Below are positions 30,911 through 37,853 of a DNA stretch of 64,000 nucleotides, in pieces. Made by a program: the position numbers and the translations under genes. The stretch covers positions 3,306-67,305 of the forward strand of contig JACPHD010000020.1 of assembly GCA_016188785.1 (NCBI GenBank), read 5' to 3'. The stretch comes from Parcubacteria group bacterium. Its GTDB lineage: Bacteria > Patescibacteriota > Patescibacteriia > Patescibacteriales > GWC2-42-12. Each line of letters starts with the position of its first letter. Position 1 is the stretch's first letter. The notes under the pieces are model-generated. The model was not told the DNA's origin and did not search any database. It worked only from the letters and a program-made list of their open reading frames with translations.

Positions 30911-30915
30911 AGTTA

Positions 30916-31914
30916 TTAATTTTTCTTATACAGTTTATCTTTTACAAAATTTTTCCAATTATCAGTTGTTAAGCCGCCGGTTGGTGTCAATTCGGCTTTA
31001 ATCGGCGGGTGCGGGTCGTAATTTTCTAATTTAACATGTTCCGGCCTAAAATCATCAATTTCTTTGACGCTTTCATCAAGGACGACGCGGGGAAACTGTT
31101 TCGGCTTCCTGGTTAATTGCTCTTTCACCTGCTCAATATGATTGGAATATATATGAGCGTCGCCGAAAGTATGGATGAATTCGCCCGCCCTGTTGCCCGT
31201 AACTTTGGCCAGTATTATGGCCAAGAGAGCGTAGCTGGCGATATTAAACGGCACGCCTAAAAACATGTCAGCCGTCCTTTGGTATAAATGTAAAGACAAT
31301 TTGCCATTTTTGACATTGCATTGATACATATTATGGCAGATAGGAAAACGAGAGGCTTCTTCAGGCTTAGCCATTTGATATAAATATTCAGGATTCCAGG
31401 AATTTACTAAGGTGTTATGAGCGTCAGGGTCTTTTTTTAATTCGTTAACCAGCCACCCTACTTGATCAATACCGCGGCCGTCTTTAGCCGGCCAGCGCCG
31501 CCACATCTGGCCATAAATATGTTTTAGCTCGCCGTATTTTTTTGCATAATCATCGTCCCCGGCGATTTTTTTTATGAACTCTTCTTGCGTCAATTCCGGC
31601 TCCAAGCCTTTTTCCATCAGCTCGCGGTAGATTTTATAAGGATAATCGTCCCAGATATGAACGTTATTATCCACTAAAAATTTTATATTGGATTGGCCGG
31701 ATAAAAACCAATATAATTCATATAGCACGCCTTTCCAATAAATCTTTTTGGTGGTTAACAGGGGAAAGTCCTGATTCAGATCAAAGCGGATTTGCCGGCC
31801 GAAGACGCTATAAGTAATGGCGCCGGTTCCCATATCTTCCTGTTTAACGCCATTATCTAAAATGTCCTGAAGCAAATTTAAATATTGATATTCGGGGTGA
31901 GTTTGGTTTGGCAT
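30916..31914 (-). CDS. thyA: Thymidylate synthase
   Basis: FPLLTTK, ELYWF, PICH, YQRTADMFLGVPFNIASY, GDAHIY. Confidence 0.96.
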   Translation of the reverse strand: MPNQTHPEYQYLNLLQDILDNGVKQEDMGTGAITYSVFGRQIRFDLNQDFPLLTTKKIYWKGVLYELYWFLSGQSNIKFLVDNNVHIWDDYPYKIYRELMEKGLEPELTQEEFIKKIAGDDDYAKKYGELKHIYGQMWRRWPAKDGRGIDQVGWLVNELKKDPDAHNTLVNSWNPEYLYQMAKPEEASRFPICHNMYQCNVKNGKLSLHLYQRTADMFLGVPFNIASYALLAIILAKVTGNRAGEFIHTFGDAHIYSNHIEQVKEQLTRKPKQFPRVVLDESVKEIDDFRPEHVKLENYDPHPPIKAELTPTGGLTTDNWKNFVKDKLYKKN

Positions 31915-32001
31915 ATTGATTATTTGTGATTTATATGATTATATAAAATTGGCACTTTGTAAAACTAGGTCTGACAAAAAATTAATTTAAGGAGGTAGAT
32001 C

Positions 32002-32424
32002 GTGGAGAGAACTTTGGCATTGATCAAACCACATGTATTTTATCTGGATCCTAGTAACACACTTAATGCTATGGCTGACATCATCGGCCGGTATCTTAGC
32101 ACCGGATTGATGTTGGAATCTATTAAAACGTTAACTTTTACGTCCGAGACGGCCGCCGAATTTTATCGCGAGCATTTAAAAGAACGGTTTTTCCCGGAGT
32201 TGGCTGAAGAAATGACGTTCGACCAATGTGTAGCCATGATTTTCGTGGGTGAAAACGCGGTACAAAAAGTCAGAGAGATCAACGGGGTTACCAATCCGGC
32301 CGAAGCTTTACCAGGCACCTTGCGTCATAAATATGGCATTAAAAAGAAGGGACCGAGAAATGCGGTACATGGGTCTGATTCACTAGAAAGCGCTGAGAGG
32401 GAAATCAAAGTGATTTTCAGTTAA
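32002..32424 (+). CDS. ndk: Nucleoside diphosphate kinase
   Basis: RTLALIKP, FY.EH, PGTLR, NAVHGSDS; SD AAGGAGG. Confidence 0.95.
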   Translation: MERTLALIKPHVFYLDPSNTLNAMADIIGRYLSTGLMLESIKTLTFTSETAAEFYREHLKERFFPELAEEMTFDQCVAMIFVGENAVQKVREINGVTNPAEALPGTLRHKYGIKKKGPRNAVHGSDSLESAEREIKVIFS

Positions 32425-32440
32425 GACTTAAAGGAACGAA

Positions 32441-32470
32441 GAGGATGTCAATTCGGCATCCTCATTTTTT
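32441..32470 (+). terminator. Intrinsic terminator after ndk
   Basis: GAGGATG/CATCCTC stem plus T-run. Confidence 0.65.
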
Positions 32471-33054
32471 TATTTATTTTTTTTCCAGCGAGCTAAATAT
32501 TTTTCTGTTTTAGCTAATAGCTGTTTAAGTATTTTTTTACCTGACTTTGTTTTATAATATTTCATCCGTTTTTTAAAAGTGGTGGATAAAAATAATTCAG
32601 TATTTTTTTTGTCATAGCTTGGCTTACAATTATACCAGTCAATTTGCGCCAAGCCATCAGCTTCAAAAACTAATTGCCGGTCAGGTTCTATTATTTTTGA
32701 ATGTTTATCATGATTTTTTACTAAATAGGCGACGCGGCTTATTTCTGCTGACTTAAAATAATTTAATGTTGGCAAAAATTTTTTTATATTTTCCGCGCTA
32801 CGTTTGGAATGGTCGGGCTTGGCCGCCATAACCTGCTTATGGTTATAACCCAAGGGCAGTTTTTCATAACCAGTATCATGAAAATAAATCGCCGGAATTA
32901 AGATTTTTTCATCCCCGCCTTCTAATTTTATTAGTTTTTTTAGCCATTTTACCGCGCATAAAGTATGGCGCTTGTCCCAGTTAGCGCGGCCGGATTTTAA
33001 TAATTTTAAGGCTTGCTGCTTAATTTTGGCTTCAATTTTTTTGTCTAATTTCAT
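32470..33054 (-). CDS. HD-domain phosphohydrolase
   Basis: H...FHDTG...H...HD...EAD pattern. Confidence 0.8.
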   Translation of the reverse strand: MKLDKKIEAKIKQQALKLLKSGRANWDKRHTLCAVKWLKKLIKLEGGDEKILIPAIYFHDTGYEKLPLGYNHKQVMAAKPDHSKRSAENIKKFLPTLNYFKSAEISRVAYLVKNHDKHSKIIEPDRQLVFEADGLAQIDWYNCKPSYDKKNTELFLSTTFKKRMKYYKTKSGKKILKQLLAKTEKYLARWKKNK

Positions 33055-33599
33055 ATCTGCGTTTCCTTACCCTCGGTGCCGACCCGGCCGCCCTGCCATT
33101 GGCCGCGGTAATGATTGCCTTGGCCTAAGACTTCATGAAAAGCAATATGCGCGATGCGCGCGCTGAAAGAAATTTTAATCTGGCTCTTGCCTAAATTAGA
33201 GATGCCGAAAGTAAGCTCGCCCGAGTAGCCGGGCTGGACAAGGCCATTAAACATGCCTAAACCGGAACGGAACATGGTGGTGCGGGGAAAAATTAGGCCG
33301 GACAAATTAGCCGGCAAATTAACTTTTTCCATGGTTTTAATTAAATAATATTTGCCTGGTTCAAAAATAAAAAAGTTCTTCTCTTCAGGTTTTTCCGGTT
33401 CATGCATAGCTAATAGTTTTATTTTTGGCGTGTATCTTTCTTCAACGCCTAAAAAACCGTCGCCGGTTAATTCATAAATTTCGCCTAAGCGCAAATCAAA
33501 ACCCGCGCCTTCGGGATTATTCATCTCCCGCTCGCACAAGTTTTCCACTAAATTTATTTCCTTAACTAATTCGTGAAGTTTTTTTATGCCGAGAATCAT
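33051..33599 (-). CDS. dcd: dCTP deaminase / dUTPase superfamily protein
   Basis: GFDLRL, PRTTMFRSG, VQPGYSGELT, RIAHIAF, YRGQWQ. Confidence 0.8.
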   Translation of the reverse strand: MILGIKKLHELVKEINLVENLCEREMNNPEGAGFDLRLGEIYELTGDGFLGVEERYTPKIKLLAMHEPEKPEEKNFFIFEPGKYYLIKTMEKVNLPANLSGLIFPRTTMFRSGLGMFNGLVQPGYSGELTFGISNLGKSQIKISFSARIAHIAFHEVLGQGNHYRGQWQGGRVGTEGKETQI

Positions 33600-33607
33600 A
33601 ATTGTTA

Positions 33608-34120
33608 TTAGACGTTAATATGAAATCTGCCTACGTATTTTCTTACTTTAATGCCTCGTCTTTCGGCCAAGTCCCAGGCTTCGCGCTCTTCTTCAAATCT
33701 TTCGCCGCCGGTTTGGATGCGGCGGTAAATATCATTATAAACGATTTCTTTGATGCCGGCGTTATTGAGCGCTTTCAGGCAGTCGTAGCAGGGAAAAAAA
33801 GTGGCATAGAGCGTAGCGCCGTTCAGCCGCCGCGTATCCTGGGAATTTATCACGCCGTTTATTTCCGCGTGCACGCCGCGGCAACGTTCAAGTTTTTTAG
33901 TAAGCGGATTGCCGTCAACTTTGGCGCAACCGGCTTCCAGGCAGTGATAATCGCCCTCGGACGGGCCGTTATAACCTAAAGAAATGATTCTTTTTCGGTC
34001 ATCAACAAAAACCGCGCCGACCGTATGATAGCGGCAGGCGGTTCTCTCTGATACCAGCAAAGCTAAATTCATAAAAGTTTCGTCCCAGCTTAAACGGCTG
34101 AAATGTTTAACTTCGGCCAT
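33608..34120 (-). CDS. dCMP deaminase (ComEB-like)
   Basis: SWDETFM, GYNG, HAEIN, PCYDC. Confidence 0.92.
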   Translation of the reverse strand: MAEVKHFSRLSWDETFMNLALLVSERTACRYHTVGAVFVDDRKRIISLGYNGPSEGDYHCLEAGCAKVDGNPLTKKLERCRGVHAEINGVINSQDTRRLNGATLYATFFPCYDCLKALNNAGIKEIVYNDIYRRIQTGGERFEEEREAWDLAERRGIKVRKYVGRFHINV

Positions 34121-34224
34121 AAATTTTGAAATTAAAAAGTTATTTTATTTTAGCAAATAGATAAAATAATGGCATAATTTAAGATTAGCAAAAGATGATG
34201 AAAAAGGCAACCAGTAATAAAAAC

Positions 34225-34258
34225 AGGGCGCAACGGATATAATTTCGCGTTGCGCCCT
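34225..34258 (-). terminator. Terminator-like hairpin after the 62-aa ORF
   Basis: AGGGCGCAACG/CGTTGCGCCCT stem flanked by T-rich runs. Confidence 0.55.
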
Positions 34259-34275
34259 TTTGCGGGGTGTCTCTA

Positions 34276-34464
34276 CTAGCCTGTTCTCAGGCTTTGCTCC
34301 AAGTGAGCGCTCTGCCAAGCGTTTTTCAGAACTTCTTGAGCCCTTCTTAAGGCCTTGCTCTCATTGTTTTCCAGAATACCTTGCTCTTTTACGATTTTTC
34401 TCAGCCAGGCATTTTTTCTTTCCTCCAGTTCAGAAATCTGCTCTACGAGATTTTTTTCTGCCAT
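34276..34464 (-). CDS. Small helical hypothetical protein (62 aa, MAEKNLVEQ...)
   Basis: SD AAGGAG before ATG 34464, inside the longer listed ORF; lies downstream of the attenuator. Confidence 0.6.
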   Translation of the reverse strand: MAEKNLVEQISELEERKNAWLRKIVKEQGILENNESKALRRAQEVLKNAWQSAHLEQSLRTG

Positions 34465-34620
34465 TTTTTTTCTCTCCTTTTTAAGAAATGGCGGTGTGTT
34501 TTGCTGGCAGATAAACTGCCACTTAAAAGAACCAATCCCCGCGGAATTGCGAGGATGATGATTTTGATCTTGGTTAGACAAAATATCAAAATCATAATTC
34601 TCGCAATTAATTCTTAAAAA

Positions 34621-34704
34621 CAAAAAAACCTTCGCTACTGGCGAAGGTTTTTTGTCTAAGAGTTCTTTGCTTAAACACAAACAAGCCTTCGCCGGAAAAG
34701 GTTC
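34621..34704 (-). promoter_or_regulatory. Transcription attenuator (terminator / antiterminator)
   Basis: Terminator AACCTTCGC-CAGTA-GCGAAGG-T7. Upstream GGCGAAGG can pair with CCTTCGCC of the terminator 5' arm. Confidence 0.75.
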
Positions 34705-34748
34705 ATCATCATGGCCATCATAATTTGCGCTTGTTTATAATTTTTCAT
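34671..34748 (-). CDS. Met-rich leader peptide MKNYKQAQIMMAMMMNLFRRRLVCV
   Basis: Translated by hand; five ATG codons in six positions, between a promoter and the attenuator. Confidence 0.7.
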   Translation of the reverse strand: MKNYKQAQIMMAMMMNLFRRRLVCV

Positions 34749-34758
34749 AACTAATTGC

Positions 34759-34786
34759 ATTGTAGCATAGAGCTAAAAGTTGTCAA
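34759..34786 (-). promoter_or_regulatory. Sigma70 promoter driving the leader peptide
   Basis: TTGACA, 16 nt, TACAAT with TGn extension. Confidence 0.75.
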
Positions 34787-34788
34787 GG

Positions 34789-35451
34789 CTATAAAGCTAG
34801 TTTTAGACCCGGGCCCATAGTTGAACTAATATAAGCTTTTTTCAGGTAAACACCTTTGGCAGTCGCCGGCTTGGCTTTTTTTACGGCTTCTAAAAGCGCT
34901 TCAAAATTTTCAATTAATTTTTCCGCGGTAAAGGAAACTTTGCCGATAGCCACGTGCAGATTGCCGGTGTCGTCGTTTTTCAGGCTGACCTTGCCTTTTT
35001 TAAGTTCAGCCACGGCTTTAGCCGGGTCGGTGGTAACGGTTTCATTCTTAGGAGAGGGCATCAGGCCGCGCGTGCCTAAAATTTTAGCGATAGCGGCTAA
35101 ATTTTTCATCAGGGCCGGTTCGGCCACGGCTACCTGGAAATCGGTTTTTTCGGTTTTTTTTATTTCATTGATTAAATCTTCGCCGCCAACATAATCCGCG
35201 CCGACTTGGCGGACTTCGGCTTCTTTAGCCGGAGTGACAAAAGCCGCCACCTTAACGGTTTTACCAGTGCCATGAGGCAAAGACACGGCTAACCTTACCT
35301 GCTGTTCGCCTTTTTTAGTATCAATGCCTAACTTGAAATGGATTTCTACTGAAGCGTCAAATTTTGTTCGCGACAATTTTTTAGCCAAGTCAACGGCTTC
35401 CGCGATCGGATAAGCCTTTGACTTGTCAAAATCAACTGTTTCTTTTTTCAT
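34789..35451 (-). CDS. rplA: 50S ribosomal protein L1
   Basis: KFDASVE, LPHGTGK, LGTRGLMPSPK, STMGPG. Confidence 0.98.
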   Translation of the reverse strand: MKKETVDFDKSKAYPIAEAVDLAKKLSRTKFDASVEIHFKLGIDTKKGEQQVRLAVSLPHGTGKTVKVAAFVTPAKEAEVRQVGADYVGGEDLINEIKKTEKTDFQVAVAEPALMKNLAAIAKILGTRGLMPSPKNETVTTDPAKAVAELKKGKVSLKNDDTGNLHVAIGKVSFTAEKLIENFEALLEAVKKAKPATAKGVYLKKAYISSTMGPGLKLAL

Positions 35452-35483
35452 AATTTATTCAATATTTATTCAATGTAAAGTTA

Positions 35484-35604
35484 AAATTACAAATAACAAA
35501 TTCCAAACAATATCTAAATTCAAATTTACTAATATCTAGAATTATATTGTTAGTATTTATAATTTAGAATTTGTTTGTGATTTGGCGTTTGGTTATTGGA
35601 ATTT
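35484..35604. repeat. About 120-bp heptamer-based palindromic element (family E)
   Basis: Near reverse-complement copy of 37129-37254; related copy at 42913-43010. Confidence 0.8.
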
Positions 35605-35672
35605 TTAATGATATTTTTATTTTTAACTGTAATTTTACATTTTGTCAGCCAACTGGCGGATTTAATTTTCAA

Positions 35673-36095
35673 CTATTTTATCTCCACGCCCATCTGTCTG
35701 GCCGTGCCGGCGATAATTTTCATGGCCGCCTCAATGTTATTGGCGTTTAGGTCTGGCATTTTTATTTCCGCTATTTCTTTAAGTTGGGACTTAGTAATTG
35801 AACCGACTTTCTCGGTTAGGGGCTTGCCTGAACCTTTGGGGATTTTCGCGAATTTTTTGATTAGTTCCGCAGCCGGCGGAGTTTTCAGAATAAAAGTATA
35901 AGTTCTGTCTTCAAAAACAGTAATTTCCACCGGCGTGATGTCGCCCATTTTATCTTTGGTTTTTTCATTAAAAGCCTGACAGAATTGGGCGATATTTAAG
36001 CCATGCTGACCTAAGGCCGGACCGACCGGCGGCGCCGGATTGGCCTGGCCGGCCGGAATTTGCAATTTAATTTTAGTTAATATTTTTTTTGTCAT
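35673..36095 (-). CDS. rplK: 50S ribosomal protein L11
   Basis: [26 protein letters not shown]. Confidence 0.99.
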   Translation of the reverse strand: MTKKILTKIKLQIPAGQANPAPPVGPALGQHGLNIAQFCQAFNEKTKDKMGDITPVEITVFEDRTYTFILKTPPAAELIKKFAKIPKGSGKPLTEKVGSITKSQLKEIAEIKMPDLNANNIEAAMKIIAGTARQMGVEIK

Positions 36096-36129
36096 ACTAA
36101 TTAGGTTAGTTGTTTTATAATCTTTTTAC

Positions 36130-36217
36130 CCCACAAATCTACGAATTGGCTACAAATATTACAAATAATAAGAAGCCTCTATTTGTAGATTTGTAGTTGA
36201 TTTGTAGATTTGTGGGA
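36130..36217. repeat. Inverted short-period arrays (family E-like)
   Basis: CCCACAAATCTACGAAT...ATTTGTAGATTTGTGGG. Confidence 0.65.
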
Positions 36218-36763
36218 TTATATTTTTTTAATCTGCAAAAAATCCAGTTCTACCGGTGTTTCCCGGCCGAACATGGCTACCGCGACCTTGATTTTACCCT
36301 TAGCTTCGTCAATGTCGGCCACCTTGCCTTCTAAATTTTTAAACGGCCCGTCAGTGATGCGCACCGGCGAGTTAACCGAAACATCAATTTTAAATTTAGG
36401 CTCTTCCACGCCCATCCGTTTTTGCAAATCTTTTATTTCGGCCTCAGAGATGGGCGTCGGGATGGTGCCGGTGCCGATAAAGCCGGTTACGTTCGGCGTA
36501 TTTCTAACCACGTACCAGGAATCGTCGTTAACGATCATTTCCACTAAAACATAGCCGGGAAAAATTTTTTCTTCAACGATTTTTCGTTTGCCGTTTTTAA
36601 TTTTAATTTTCTTTTCCGTGGGAATTAAAATATTATAAATTTTATTTTCCATGTCCATGGATTCAATTCTTTGCTTTAAATTTTGCGAGACGTTTTCTTC
36701 GTAGCCGGAATAAGTATGCAAAACGTACCAGCGCCGGCCTTGATTTAATGTTTGTTTAGCCAT
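36218..36763 (-). CDS. nusG: Transcription factor NusG
   Basis: WYVLHTYSGYE, FPGYVLVEM, DGPF, FGRETPVEL. Confidence 0.99.
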   Translation of the reverse strand: MAKQTLNQGRRWYVLHTYSGYEENVSQNLKQRIESMDMENKIYNILIPTEKKIKIKNGKRKIVEEKIFPGYVLVEMIVNDDSWYVVRNTPNVTGFIGTGTIPTPISEAEIKDLQKRMGVEEPKFKIDVSVNSPVRITDGPFKNLEGKVADIDEAKGKIKVAVAMFGRETPVELDFLQIKKI

Positions 36764-36769
36764 ATGTGT

Positions 36770-36958
36770 TTACTTGTTTATAATTAAATACTCTAGGCCT
36801 TTGGTAAAAACCAGATCTAAAACTCCCAAAAATAAAGCCATGCCCAAGCTAATAAAGATTACCAGTAAAGTGTAATTATAGGTTTCTTTTTTAGTCGGCC
36901 AAGCGACTTTTTTCGTTTCTTCAATCGCGGCCTTTAGATAATTGATTATTTTATCCAT
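36770..36958 (-). CDS. secE: Preprotein translocase SecE
   Basis: E.KKVAWP plus one TM helix; upstream of nusG. Confidence 0.95.
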   Translation of the reverse strand: MDKIINYLKAAIEETKKVAWPTKKETYNYTLLVIFISLGMALFLGVLDLVFTKGLEYLIINK

Positions 36959-37080
36959 ATCGTTCTATTAAAAAACAGCCCTGGCGGGCGGCATTTATTT
37001 ATGTTTATATATTACCTAATTGCTTAAAGGCTGTCAAGGGCTTGGTGAAATTAAGGGGAATGTGGTATAATATAAATATA

Positions 37081-37325
37081 AAATTTCTAATTTTTTTAAT
37101 TGACCTAATTAAATCCCAATGTCTAATAAAATTCCAAATCACAAACGCCAAATCACAAACAAATTCAAAATAACAAAGCCTAAACGATATATTTATTTTA
37201 GATATTGGTAAATTAGAATTTTGATATTGTTTGTCATTTGTTATTTGTAATTTTAGAAATTTGCTTGGTCATTGGTCATTTAGATTTATGATTTAACTTA
37301 GAAATTAGGTAATTAGATATTTTAG
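37081..37325. repeat. Nested heptamer-based palindromic elements (family E)
   Basis: Inner copy at 37129-37254 inside an outer degenerate inverted array. Confidence 0.7.
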
Positions 37326-37338
37326 AGATTAATTTTTT

Positions 37339-37704
37339 ATGTTCTCAAATAGTTTCATTTTTTACAGCCTGCAAATTTTTATTGAACTAATTGGCGATGT
37401 TTTATATTTCCCCGTCTGGTGGTATTCGCGCGGGCTGTTAAATTTAATTATTGGCCTTAAAAATTTTTTGCTTGATAAGGAAAAAGCTTTGGCGCTGTTG
37501 GTCTGGATAAAAAATATTTTTAAGCCCATGTACGCCCAATATGATTGGCAGGGGATGTTAATCAGTTTTTTTATGCGGCTGGCGCAGATTATTTTCAGAG
37601 GCCTGATTATGCTGTTCTGGCTGGCTTTTTCTTTGGCCGTGATAATCGGCTGGATTTTGCTTCCGCTACTGGCGGTTTATGAAATAATTTTGCAATTAAT
37701 TTAG
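37339..37704 (+). CDS. Small membrane protein upstream of the Clp ATPase
   Basis: 121 aa, hydrophobic; FPVWWY and PMYAQYDWQG. Confidence 0.8.
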   Translation: MFSNSFIFYSLQIFIELIGDVLYFPVWWYSRGLLNLIIGLKNFLLDKEKALALLVWIKNIFKPMYAQYDWQGMLISFFMRLAQIIFRGLIMLFWLAFSLAVIIGWILLPLLAVYEIILQLI

Positions 37705-37707
37705 TTG

Positions 37708-37842
37708 TGTCATTGCGAGCGACCGGAGGGAGAGAAGCAATCTCACGAATTAGGAGTTTAAACTAAAGTGGAAAATTTTATAGCAATTCGTCGTACGTGA
37801 GATTGCTTCGTCCCCCGCAGATGCGGGGTCCTCGCAATGACA
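37708..37842. repeat. Family A palindromic element
   Basis: TGTCATTGCGAGCGACCGGAGGGAGAGAAGCAATCTC...GAGATTGCTTCG...CTCGCAATGACA. Confidence 0.9.
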
Positions 37843-37853
37843 TACAATAAATA

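Noticed and set aside
34276..34680. 134-aa version of the ORF
   Set aside because: Its 5' part runs through the attenuator terminator and a hairpin; the SD-supported start is 34464.
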